The position numbers were made by a program, and so were the translations under genes. Below are positions 44,880-64,000 of a stretch of 64,000 nucleotides of DNA, piece after piece; the stretch's first letter is position 1, and the number at the start of each line of letters is the position of its first letter. The DNA comes from Bugula neritina (lineage: Eukaryota; Animalia; Bryozoa): contig OZ037767.1 in the NCBI GenBank assembly GCA_964035545.1, positions 1,499,680-1,563,679 of the forward strand, read 5' to 3'. Below the pieces are notes generated by a model. It saw only the letters and a program-made list of their open reading frames with translations, was not told the origin of the DNA and searched no databases.

Positions 44880-47715
44880 CTATGATTTCTTGAAGCCTTT
44901 CAATATTGGGTAGATGTTTTCGAAAGCTTCTTGGATTTCAGATCTGACTTTGGCACCTAAAGTCAGCCATAAATAAATAATTAGCCTTTGGTAAAAGATG
45001 TACACATTTAATCAATAAACTTCCACTAAAAATAACTTCGCTAATCATAGCTATATAGTATATTTGAACTTCAACTTTTGGATGTAACCTAAAATTCAAT
45101 TGGAATACCAGGTCTTTCCCACTGCTACCTAGTAAGACCCTCCCACTGCTACCTAGTAAGACCCTCCCACTGCTACCTAGTAAGACCCTCCCACTGCTAC
45201 CTAGTAAGATCCTCCCACTGCTACCTAGTAAGACCCTCCCACTACCAGCAAGCGTTAGTCCACAAATAATATACCTGTGAGAACAACCTTGCCCGATACA
45301 AATATCAGCAACACAATCTTGGGCTTCACCATTCTGTAGATCAGTCCAGGGAAGAGCTCTGGTTCGTAGCTATGAATTATAACATGACAGTTCATCTAAT
45401 ACTACTACTACTAGATGATATAGAAGAAGCTCATATGCACAGTAGAAACTCACTTTAGTAAACATGGCTGACTATAATATACACTACGACCTATATAACA
45501 AGCAGATTCAAAATATTTGAGACATTCTACTGTACATGTCGGAATAATAATCAGTTGAACCGCTGACCTCGCAAATTGTCCATGTGTGAGCACTAGGCCT
45601 TCTAGCCTGATGGGGAACTTTACGTCACAACTACCCACCATATTCTGTATCTTGAAATCTTTGAACTTGGCCTGCATTCAACACCAAATTCTGTATTATG
45701 CATAGGTAAGGCAACTCTATATACTATATAGGTGAGAAAACTTTATATTATGCATAGGTAAGGCAACTCTATATACTATATAGGTGAGAAAACTTTATAT
45801 TATGCATAGGTAAGGCAACTCTATATACTATATAGGTGAGAAAACTTTATATTATGCATAGGTAAGGCAACTCTATATACTACATAGGTGAGGCAACTCT
45901 ATATTATGCATAGGTGGGGCAACTCTATATTATGCATAGGTAAGACAACTTTATATTGTACATGGATGAGATGAAGTGTAAGTATAACATAAGATAAAAG
46001 ATACAAATGAGAACAGAGGTACTCTTACCTCAAACCCCAGCTTCTGTATAATCCGAGCATACTTCCTAGCGGCCAGCTTAGCTTGCTCTTCACTAAAATG
46101 AAAGACGACGTGAGAGCCTCAACTAACACAAGAACGACAAAAACAATGGTTGACAAATATTTTCCGATGGTACAAATTAACAAGTGTTTACCTTTTAGCC
46201 CCGGTGCACACCATCTTGCCTGAACTAAATATAAGGGCTGTGGTTCGAGGATCCCGAATTCTCATTATCACCGCAGCAAAACGCTTTGGGTTAAACTCTG
46301 CATTTCTGGCCCTGAGAGCGATATCTTTGAGATCTAGTTTACAGTCTAGGCTCACGGTGCACACAATGTTCCTAGCAAACACAAGAAAGTCATGAATAAT
46401 CCAGGAAGAAACAAGCAAACGGTGTCTCTAGCTTCTATACACAAAACTTTACCAGCCGTGAGAATTTCATGACTTACTGTAGCTGGGGCTGAATGCCAGA
46501 TGTATCTGGTCGGGGTGTTCCCGGAGTGGCAGGATTTCCAGGTGTAAAGGGCGTCACAGGCATTGTGTTGGGGTACATGGGGCTATGACCAACCGTCCCT
46601 GAGTGAGTTCAGATTGCATATTGAAATATATAAACCAAATATAAAATAAAATATACAAAAAGGAAAGCCTTGCCACGCTGATCAGGCAGGAATGAAAATT
46701 ATTCATGCTTCATGTTTAAAAATTAAGATGAAATCAACAGAAATCGTTCTGTTGAGCATTTTATTGGTTAGTTAACATTCTCAGCAACAATGTACAAGTT
46801 TTGAATCAACAGATTGGTAATTAGGTAATTAGAAATCTCTTTATCAATATATTTAATAATTTAATTTGCAATGTCTGTGGGAATTGGAAAATAATTGCCA
46901 TCTTTACAACACAGTTTTGTCAGCAACAATATTGATGAATCTTCATAATTTAGATAAGAAGGTAACATCCATGGCAAACACAACTTACCTACACTGCTGA
47001 TAGTGCTGACTGACGCAGGCATCACCATAGACCCTGGGGTCATACCTGACAGGTAACCAGGTGTCATACCAGAAGGAGTCATACCAGAAGGTGTCATACT
47101 TGAAGGTGTCATACCCGAAGGTGTCATTCCTGTAGGTGTCATACCAGCTGGCATATGTGAAGGTGTCAGTGAAGAAGGCATATGATTGGGCGTTAATCCT
47201 GATATGTGAGCCGGTGTCATACCAGAAGGTGTCATACCAGTGGGTGTCATACCGGTAGGTGTCATACCAGTAGGTGTCATGCCAGTAGGTGTCATACCAG
47301 AAGGTGTCATACCAGAAGGTGTCATACCTGACTGTAGAAACATTATCAGACTTACAAAATACTTATACTTACAATCTATGATATGCTAAGGAGTGCCTAT
47401 TGCCAGTGTGAAACTGTATTTTATATAAACAAATAGCTAGAATTAGCCACACTAGTAACTTATATCACAAATCTTCAAATACGGCCAAAACAATTTTTTA
47501 TAAAAAAAATTATCAAATTTAAAATGATAAAGAAACACTCTAGAAAACTTGAAACAAGAGAATGTACACCAGAAGCAGTGGTTAACCTACTGTGAGGTAT
47601 ATGACGCCAACCTACACTATTACAGAAATGAGATAAAGACACAGCTTATTATACAGTAAGAGAGACTTACCTGACTAGGGGTGTAACCACCAAAAGTAGA
47701 CTGCCTGTTGTCCAT
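44880..47715 (-). CDS. TBP: TATA-box-binding protein. Exons 47715-47671, 47331-46989, 46598-46478, 46371-46192, 46092-46029, 45671-45568, 45369-45275, 44956-44880; 342 aa
   Basis: Core [59 protein letters not shown]...[21 protein letters not shown]...[35 protein letters not shown]; this is TBP, not TRF2/TLF. Confidence 0.98.
45117..45246. repeat. 24-bp minisatellite x5 (CCCACTGCTACCTAGTAAGACCCT) in TBP intron
   Basis: Visible. Confidence 0.95.
45693..45960. repeat. ~52-bp minisatellite (dimer of ~26-bp units) in TBP intron
   Basis: TATTATGCATAGGTAAGGCAACTCTATATACTATATAGGTGAGAAAACTTTA, repeated. Confidence 0.95.
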
Positions 47716-48879
47716 TCTAATAAATCTTTATCAGCGACAATATAAATTCTAAAATATTTTTTAACATTTTAATATAAATTAAATGTTTCTTAATAATAAA
47801 AAACTTGCTTTTCACTAGCAGTCAATGTAAATATTATTTTCCTCCGATTAGGCTATGTGGCATTTCATAGTTTAGGAAGCTAATTCGCTATTTATTCCCT
47901 TAATTTATTGCTACTGCTTATCATATCTCTTGTCTCCAATATATAGATAAGTAAAACTAAAAACAGGTAATTTGCTGGTGAAATTGAAATCGATTTACAT
48001 TACGCTGTTATTAAATAATATTATTATGCAAGACCTAGTCATAATTCCAAAATAATTACAATAATAGTGATATAGAAAGAGTAAGTCTTACAAAACTTTT
48101 CAAATAAAAATTATAATTATAGTAATAGTATCCACAGCACCAATTCAAACTTAATATAAGTATTTTGTATCTCAACATTTCAAATATTTAATGATAATTT
48201 ATCATCATTATGATTCCAATACTCATAGCCATGCTGATACTCATATTCCCATTGATGCTTATACTGACTCTAATACTATAAGTTCTGTAAATTAAACTAA
48301 TAGCAAAACAAAATAACTCAAACTAAATTTCAATTTGAAACATACTGATAATGATAGAAACACTGAGAGTGAGTCTGACACTCATACTCACAGTCATAGT
48401 GATAGTCATACTGATGTGATAGATCATACTCATAGTCACTAAGAGTAAGTTATTGACTAGGCATCATAGTGATAGTTATACTGATACTAGTACTAGTAGT
48501 AGTAATAGCAGCAGTACTAGTACTAGTAGTTACTGTTAGTGTTACTATATTTATATTATCATTCTGAATTCTGATAGTGATAGTCAATGTCATACTCATA
48601 GTTCATAGTGGTACTGATACTCTGATAGTGATGAGTGATAGAGTATCATAATGATAATTATGATAATCATACTCATAGTGATACTGATAGTGATAGTCAT
48701 AGTGATACTGATAGTGATTCAGCGATTCACCAAACCTTACATTCACATTGTAAGTTCAAGTTGTAAGTTACAATTTTACTTATACTTATAGTTATAGTTA
48801 TACTTATAGTCATAATGAGTAAATTACAAAAATATAACGATACTCCTTAAGCTTAACCATTCAAATACTAAACACCTAC

Positions 48880-49094
48880 GTCAAATTAACGGCGTTAGAA
48901 ATTTTTATAATTACTTAAGCTTAATATTACTAATACTAAAATCAGTAAAATCACTAAAAAGAAAATAGCAACTTTTGAAAAACAAGTGAAATTGTCGGAA
49001 ATGCATGGCTTTAATCTAGAACAGTATTATTAACAATGCGAAAGGAACAGTACCCTCTCGTAAACACTTTGGGTTCCATTGCTACTAAACGCAG
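48880..49094. promoter_or_regulatory. Putative bidirectional promoter shared by TBP (-) and RAD51 (+)
   Basis: Both ATG exons are preceded by acceptors (47717-47719; 50021-50027). Candidate UTR-exon donors: GTAGGT at 48879 (-) and CAG|GTAAAC at 49095 (+). CpG-containing patch between them. Confidence 0.5.
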
Positions 49095-50042
49095 GTAAAC
49101 ATTGCACTCGCAACCATCAGAAAAGTGCCTACCTATCGTACCCGTTTTGAGCGGGTTGCTTGAAAACTGAATTCTAAAACTCAAACGCTGGAATTGGAAA
49201 AGTGAGCATAGTCAAAGTAATAATCATAATGATAATATTTGTTATATATAATTATTTATCTATCTCTTTTTCTGCTTTTTGATATTATATAATTTGTAGT
49301 TGTACCTATTTACCAACTGGTTTAATATTATGATTGCAGCTTTTATCAGTATTTTGTTTTTATAGTTAAAGTTAATGTTTTACTTTTACTTTTAGTTTTA
49401 GACTTTGAGTAGCAGAGTAGTAACACTAGTAGAGTAGTAGTACTACTGTACTGCTAGTAGTAGTAGTAGTAGCAGCAGCAGTAGTAGTAATGTTTGTTAT
49501 TTTGTAATTTGAGGAAAAAGTTAGGGTTTCCTGTTCAACTTTACAACATAAGTAAATATTAGGATTATATTTATTGAAATTCAAATTACAAATAGTCGTG
49601 TTATATTGATATTCATATTGAGTTTTGTAATAACATTATGATTATTAATTATGAAAAACTCAAACTATGAGTAATACTCTTAGTATTACTATAGGTAAGC
49701 CGTAAACGTAAATCACCAATTCCAAAACAAGTATTCATACAAAATGTAGATATTTAATTTCGTTCTTACTCTGAAACTTAGAAGTACTAGGTAATCTTAT
49801 AGTTAAAAGTATTTGACCTTTTTAAACATAAAAAATGAATGCTGTCGACTTTATTTACTCTTTTTTTAATTTTAGATTATTCACATTTAATTTTATTTTT
49901 AATAAAACAAAATATATTTCTTATAGACTTGGCGTCTTTAAAGTTCAGAAGTCTTAAATTTGGTTTAATGAGTAGTCATGTAGTTGTATGTTTATATTGC
50001 TCACCAGATTTCTACTTTTTTATTTAGATACCAATAAAAAGA

Positions 50043-53991
<3,949 letters not shown>

Positions 53992-54752
53992 GTCCGTTAC
54001 TACCATTTCTAGATGTTGGCCTAAATGTATTTAAATTATTTACTCAGATTTCATGAGGTGTCACCATATAATACTACTGATATGATTACATGTATAGCAA
54101 GTGACACTCTTTACAATGTGCCCTCACACCACTCTTGAGTCATGTGACACCTAGCTTGACACTTATCCTAAAGGTGCCATACTCTAATGCTGCCAATGAC
54201 ACTCTGTTACAAGCACTCTTATAGCATTCTGTCGGAGTGTCAAAAAGCAGCACCTGTTATATAAGGTGCCCCAAGGTGCTCCATTATACCTTCATAAGAT
54301 GCCACAGTACCTTTTGACTCTTATAAATTGTCTGATAATGTATAGTATTTACCTTCATTGTTTCTCTTTATTTTGTGCATCAGAAATTTATCTATTATTT
54401 TATCACTTGTATATAGATTTGTGTTGACGCCAGCTGTGGAAACATAGGAAGTTTTCTAGTGAATTGCTTTTCTACATAAAAATATTATTATTCAATATAC
54501 CATAGTATGCTATCACCAATTGTAAATATTTATTTCCACAAACTAGCATTTTCATTGGCAGTCAAAAAGATTAGAAACAAAACATCATTGAAAAATCAAC
54601 AGTAATTCTCTAGAAAAGTAGTAGTAGATACTATTGCAATGAGTTAGCAGAATTTCTACAAAACCATAGATAAAAGGTAAAAACTGGGACATGAAATTCA
54701 AATAAAGAAATGTGTTGGTGACAACAACACCTATTTGTGATCTGTATATACA

Positions 54753-55975
54753 TTATAAAGATAACTCATGCGCGACTAGCAGAGCCTTCACTCCGTAAGC
54801 CTTGCCACTATTGGCTAAAGGGCTACCAGCAAACCAATGGTTGTCACCGTAGTATAAAGTTTGTAGCTTTAGCAACTGTTTTATTGTAACTGGTAGGTAT
54901 TTCAGTTGGTTTCCTGTCAGCTTTAATGATTTTAGATTCCTCAAGTTTCCGGTGCTCATAGGCAACTCAGTAATTTGATTGGCTGATAAGTTGATGCTAC
55001 GTAAAGAAGAAATAGCGTAACTCTCAAACAGCGCAGCTGGTAGCCCTAGAATTTGGTTATGATTTAAGTCTACCTCTTGCAGGTTCTTGAGTTTACCTAG
55101 CTCTGATGGCACGTATATCAGATTATTGTGTGCTGCATTTAGTTCTTCTAGAGATACCAGCTCATCCAAAGAACTGGGAAGTCGATAGAGGCTGTTGTAA
55201 CTTACGTCTAGCACTCTCAGCTTCCTAGCTAAATATAATAACAGAAAAATTTAAAATACTTTGTAATACTTGATGTTTAAACAGTACTCACTCACAGTGT
55301 CTCATCAGTGTAGTCTGAGAGCATTAGAAAGTGTAAGACTAAACTATAAACTATAATAGTTGATGTGTACCTGCAACACAAAAACTGTCTGGTATTATAG
55401 TAATTCTGTTCTGGGATATGTCCAGTGTCTCCAAATGCAGAAGTAGATTGGAGATGATTTCAAATGGAAAATCATCTTTCAGGGAGCATCGGTGAAGATA
55501 TAAGTGCCTCAGTACAGCTGTGAGTTTTTGCACTGGTTTGGGTATCATGTGCAAGGCTATACCTTAAAACATAGACTATAAAATACGTAGGAGTATTTTT
55601 GCTATACTTGTGCTGCATGCACTTGAAAGTTTAAAGTTGTTAGCTAGCTCAGTGACTATGCTGTGTGTTCCAGCAGCTAAGAATATCACGCAATAAAAAT
55701 TAGCAATAATTAGTATTAGTTTTATAATTTCATGTATTCCACAGTCACCAAAATTTATTATAAAACAAAAGTATTTAAGCATACAACCCTCACACAATCT
55801 GCATAAGATATATATGAATATTTCATTACTGCGGGCATGCATGAAGTGAACATATCAAACCTGACAAATCTAAGCATTTTGTATGTTTAGTTTCCATGCA
55901 TCGTTGGTGTATAATTGTTTCTTTATTCAAACCATTTCCATTGCTGTTTTTCAACTGCCTTGTTTTTGCACTCAT
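54753..55975 (-). CDS. Leucine-rich-repeat protein (SHOC2/RSU1-type LRRs). Exons 55975-55861, 55562-55371, 55228-54753; 260 aa
   Basis: LxxLxLxxNxLxxLP repeats (LETLDISQNRITIIP, LRVLDVSYNSLYRLP, LEELNAAHNNLIYVP, LQEVDLNHNQILGLP, LKSLKLTGNQLKYLP); phases consistent. Orthology not assignable. Confidence 0.85.
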
Positions 55976-57482
55976 TCTATAAAATAATATTAAATTAAGT
56001 TATCAACGAAAAAATTATTACCAAAACTTTTTATGAAAACTAAATTTTATAGAACATCAAGTTTTTAAATTTTGTTCAATTAAATAATATAGGTTTAGCA
56101 TTCAACATTTGTTAATGTGCAGAATAGTTTAATTATTTATGGCTATGCAGTGTTTTAGCCTTTTTCTAAAGGCTGAACTGCTACAATGAAAAAATTGACT
56201 TAAATAGTATTTACCATCTCAATGAATATGAAATATATACCATAATAATTGCATTTATAAAGTCATAGCCGGCCATGGTGCATTTAATTTTATTATAGTT
56301 ATTGCTGACGATGGGCTTCTGAATAAATATCATTCAATGAATATTTTTCGAACTCTGCAAACTTCAAAATCTATTGTTGAAAAAGCTGTAATAACAATAA
56401 TACATTTAAGTAAAATCTTTACTAACAATATCTAAATCTGCATAAATTTTTAGTGCAATAATCACCTAAAATAAACCTTCAACAAAACAGGATATTCTGG
56501 CCTTCAATTTTCTTCCCATCCACTAAAGGTAACGTAACCATGAGCACTAGTAAACAAATGTGGCGTTAAAATTGCAAACTTGTTAAAGCAATATTAGTAG
56601 GTTTTTCGTTTGTGAATGAACTGAGCAATATAATTTTTGCTAAAAACAAAAGTTTCTTTTTAATTTAACTTTAATTTAATATTGTTCATTTTGTAAAAAT
56701 ACATATAAAAAGGCATTTTATATTTGCGAGACTATAGTCGCTCTCTACGATAAAAGGTTGTTTACATCTCAACCAAAATTCTTGAGTCTCCTCTTTCAAT
56801 GATAATTTAGTCGTACTACAAAATGTCGTAACCACTGAACTCTGAAGTAGTTTTAATTGAAACAGTGCAGAAACTGCGTAAGTATTTTTATTGTTAAATT
56901 TAGCTCATTATTAAATCATATGACTTACAACTGATCATTGGCATTGGGATTGTGAATACCGCTGTAGGAGTAAATGTGAAGTCAAAGGAAAGAGACCAAT
57001 TTCAAAGTGAAAGAGTAATCTAATCACATACTCATACTCATAGTGATAGAGTTAGTCGTTGGCTATGACTCATGAGTATCAGATTTAGTGTGATTAGTAT
57101 CACTATAAATTTTAATCATTAACTATACTTTTAGTATCGTTTAAACCTTAAACGCTCAATTTGATTTCAAGGTGAAGGTTTCGGTTGTGTTGTGATTTAA
57201 TTTATTGCACGCCAATTATGATAACTAGTCTGAAAAAACGGTTGTTTACTGAATTGCAAAATTTAATAAATTTAATTTATTTTCATTTTATGTTAAGTTA
57301 TGTCTGGTCGTGTAACTAATAACTTGTTTCATGATGGGAAGAGAGGATATAGCTAATCATGCTGGTGATGATAATTCCATAATCATAATGATAATAAACC
57401 TTGCTATATTTTACTACTGATTTATATATGATTGTAGCCAGTGCTTACTGCTACTACTACTAATTATACTAAATCACTACTG

Positions 57483-59076
57483 ATGGCAGAAGTTCACATA
57501 GTTGGACAAATACAGGGTGCTACAGGTTTTCCTGAACACAGTCTGTTTTGTAAATGGGGAATTCATGCTGGTAAGTCAGTGGTTTTGCAGCTTGTGATTT
57601 ATATCTCTATAAAGCAGTGCCAATAATTTTGGTTCAAAACCGACTTTTTTTGACTAATTAAACTTTGCTCTTTGTGTTTTTAGTGCTAAACATATTTGAT
57701 ATTTTATTCAAGTTTTTAGTTTCCTAATACTGTTGTTTTATTTTTGTTTCATGATAGTACTCTATTGTTAGGTGGAGCTTGGAGAATTATAAATGGTCAA
57801 AGAGAAGGGCAGACACAAGTAGACTTGCCTCAGAATGAGGCAGTTGCAGTATGGTCTCACCCTATCGACATTCACTATGCGACAAAAGGACTTCAAGGTA
57901 GATATTTTATCCAATCATCGACTATTTTCTAAATTTTCTTTTTTACTATAGATTTGGATCAAATTAATGTGAAGATATGAATTGTTAACATAAATTGTGT
58001 TCTTTTATATTTTCATATATTTACAACTAAAATAAAGCAACACTTTGCATTTTAAAAGTTTTTTCTCCATTCTTTTTCCGTATTTCGCAATGTCTTGACA
58101 GTTTTACTTGAAATATTAACTAACTTTTTTGTTAGGTTGGCCTAAAGTTCATGTACAAGTTTGGCACCAAGACTCATTCGGGCGTAACGAGTTGTATGGC
58201 TATGGGTTTGTACACATTCCCACTTCCCCCGGCATACACGATATCGAGTGTCCAACATGGAAACCAGCTGGTTCCTGGAGTGAGCAAGTGATGCAGTATT
58301 TTGTGGGCGGAGGACCTCAACTAAGGTGGGTGTCTTGTTAAGTGGGTGTGCTCTGTTAGATGGGTGTGTCTTGTTAAGTGGGTGTGCTCTGTTAGATGGG
58401 TGTGTCTTGTTAAGTGGGTGTGCTCTGTTTGATGGGTGTGTCTTGTTAAGTCGGTGTGCTCTGTTAGATGGGTGTGTCTTGTTAAAGAGGTGTGCCTTGT
58501 TAGATGGGCGTGCCTTATTAGCCGGTGTGCTTTGACAAGTGCTGCCAATTTTCTATTCAAAGCGCCATAAGATTTGGCTCACAACTTTAGAAATGGATTT
58601 CAATCAGTTTTCAACTGCACATTAGTATTTTACTTAATTCTAGCCTCTTTGGGGAAATCTCTTAATCAATTATAGCAATTTAGTTCACATACTTGCAAAC
58701 TTGAAGGTAACATTAACCTTTGAATATCTTCTTTACATGCTTTAGTTAAAAGCATTTGATGGGGTAATTGGGTTAGAGGTTTGCTGTTCTGTGTGCATCA
58801 AATTAATATTTATTATATAATATATTGTCGCAGACGTATTACCATATGACATATTGTTGAATTAATGTGTTCTACTACCACAAAAAATTACCTCAGAAGT
58901 AAGCCGGCACCATTATTATTTTATAACAATTTCTATTCATATCCTTCTGCAGGAACCCAGACCTGGTTTATTCCGGGGCAGACCGGTACAGTTTAAAAAC
59001 GATGGCAATGGGAAAAGTACATTTACAGCTTAGTATCATCACTAGAAACTTTGACAGATACGGGGTGGAATGTTGA
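57483..59076 (+). CDS. B9D2: B9 domain-containing protein 2 (ciliary transition zone, MKS module). Exons 57483-57570, 57772-57897, 58136-58325, 58953-59076; 175 aa
   Basis: [34 protein letters not shown]...EGQTQVD...[19 protein letters not shown]...[23 protein letters not shown]...GGGPQL...[10 protein letters not shown]. Confidence 0.98.
58326..58535. repeat. 36-bp minisatellite (dimer of 18-bp units) starting at the B9D2 exon 3 donor
   Basis: GGGTGTGTCTTGTTAAGTGGGTGTGCTCTGTTAGAT, repeated. Confidence 0.95.
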
Positions 59077-59513
59077 ACGTGTCTCACACTGAAAGAATTA
59101 GTAGAACTTAGTCAATTCGTAGCCGTCCAGTTTAAAAATACTCTCAAAACAGGAATTCACCTCAGGACTGTTATTTCTAAGGAGAAACATTCACGGGACA
59201 GATAACTCCTTCTCTATTAAGCTGCATATTAAAAAAGTAACACAACCCATTATAAGATTTTCTAAAGACTTCCAGAATTATGCAGTCAAAAAACAAGTCT
59301 GTAGATAGATTTTCTAGATATATTAGCAAAATATTTTATAATGATTTTTGCAAAGATTTGGTTACTTTTAACAAACTGTTGAAATGCATTCTGTTTTATT
59401 CCGTAACACATACATTCAAACAGAGTTTCTTATATCATTACCTATATTACACTAATAAAATTTGTTATAAACGCTGTGTCATCTACTATACAAATATGTA
59501 CAAACATTTTAGC

Positions 59514-62402
<2,889 letters not shown>

Positions 62403-63029
62403 ATTTTCTTATCTAAAAATGCAGGCATGACAAACAATTGTAATTGTCAAATTTTAAATTTATTCAAAACCTTCAATAAGCTAGTCTTAGTTTAATTTTA
62501 TCTGCTCTGGCAGTTGAAAAACTGTTTCATTTTTCTAAATGAACTTTAGTTTTAGTAGACCTTAAAAATCAAAAAATGAGGTCTATATAAAGAGGGGAAC
62601 AGAAAAGCTGAAACAAATGTATAATACTTTATTACATCCAAACTACTTACGCTGCTGAGATTGGATAAACATAACCACTATCATAGCTTAGAGTTAGTGT
62701 TACAACCACACTTTTACATTATTATTAATATTATAACTATCATTATGACAATTATAATGATAATCATAATAATTAAAATTATAATGCAAATATAAAATAT
62801 CAGATTCAGTATCAATATACATAAGAATGATGCTGCTACATTTTGTACTTGGCAACTTCACCTTACAATACATACCTAAGAGTAAATTTATTGCAGTAGA
62901 CAATCACAATGAGTTCATTGAATCTGAATTACAATTACAATGAGCTATCAATAACAATTTGAATTAAATTATCAACATTATCATTATGGTCGTTAACTAA
63001 AACTAAAAGTTAAATTCTTAAAAGGCACC

Positions 63030-63160
63030 CACACTCACACTGTATTAGTATGACTGTTAGTGTTACTGTTAGTGTTACTCACAGTCACTGAGTGACTGTA
63101 AGTTACACTTACAGTTAGTGTTACTGTTAGTGTTACTGTAACACTAACTGTGTAAGTGCA
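63030..63160. repeat. Degenerate period-6 A[CG]T-NNN array upstream of NDUFAF7
   Basis: ACT GTT AGT GTT ACT GTT AGT GTT ACT CAC AGT CAC ... ACT GTA AGT TAC ACT TAC AGT. Confidence 0.8.
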
Positions 63161-64000
63161 AGCTCCTTCCAGAGCATTATAAAATCCCGGTAGTTGTAAA
63201 ATTTACATACCCTTTGGATTTTGTAGCATTAAGTTTAACGATCATTGCAGTTAAGTAACAAAGCAACCTTCAATATAATTGTAAGTGTTACTCACTTTCA
63301 TATATTTATAATGTATCTCAATCAGTCCATGAAAAAACCCCTCAACAGGATGCCATTTTAATGGATAAAAAGTCGAAAATGGAATCAGCTAATTTGTGGT
63401 AAAACTAATACCAACTTTGATTAGCTAAAGTTGAAAAATTGTAATCGCGATTCCTTTATTTTTTCAGTTATACCAGTTCCGGTATTGCACATTATTTTAC
63501 TAATGCAAACCATCATTTCTCATTCAATTTTAATTTTATGCTAAAATTAATGTGGCAAACTACAAAATAATTAAACTTATAATTTGATTACGTTGGCTTT
63601 GTATTTACAATATATTTGTTACATTAAATATCATCGAGATTTGTTTCATATGGATGGTTATGAATAATTAATTATAATAATTTTGATAAAATTTAAAATT
63701 AAAGTAATAATTATAAATATTATTTAATTGTATGTTATAATTATTGTTATTTAATAATTATTTATTATTGTAATTATTATTATTGAATTTGGTTATTATA
63801 ATTATAGTTATAGAAGACAACCATAATATTTAAAGTGTGCAGTTGCCCATCATAATAATGGTCATAGTGATAGTGATGTAAACTCAGTAAAGGGTGTTAC
63901 TGTTAGTGTTTGAATGTCTGAAAAGATTAAGACGAGTCACACAATCACAATGGTGGACAATGACAAAATAGACAAAACAAATTCAAGTAAACTTAATGAA

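Noticed and set aside
58321-58560. His-rich ORF ([12 protein letters not shown])n and its antisense counterpart
   Set aside because: Translation of the 18/36-bp intronic minisatellite of B9D2.

Overview
AT-rich, intron-containing, gene-dense animal (invertebrate) genomic DNA; a compact lophotrochozoan-type genome is a guess, and the taxon cannot be fixed from the window. All gene models below were spliced by hand from GT-AG sites with phases and frames checked. In order: a 5' fragment of an unidentified minus-strand gene; MVB12 (ESCRT-I MABP subunit); a secreted NHL-repeat/TSP1/PAN protein; a doubly truncated CR1/L2-type LINE fragment running into a (CA)n tract; a head-to-head inverted pair of secreted Spaetzle/neurotrophin-like cystine-knot genes; a ~1014-aa RUSC-like RUN-domain gene; RPS27A; TBP; RAD51 (with a PIF/Harbinger MITE in an intron); an LRR protein; B9D2; NDUFAF7. 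There are also two tRNA-derived SINE families and many intronic mini/microsatellites. Most notable: (i) the cystine-knot pair, whose promoters, first exons and first introns are nearly identical while the mature domains are ~50% diverged and carry a furin site inside the knot (candidate co-regulated heterodimeric cytokine); (ii) a TBP N-terminus built from ~17 (S/T)GMTP pentapeptides instead of poly-Q; (iii) degenerate period-6 A[CG]T-NNN arrays recurring at the four housekeeping promoter regions; (iv) a K-turn hairpin in an RPS27A intron; (v) minisatellites made of splice-site-like units.
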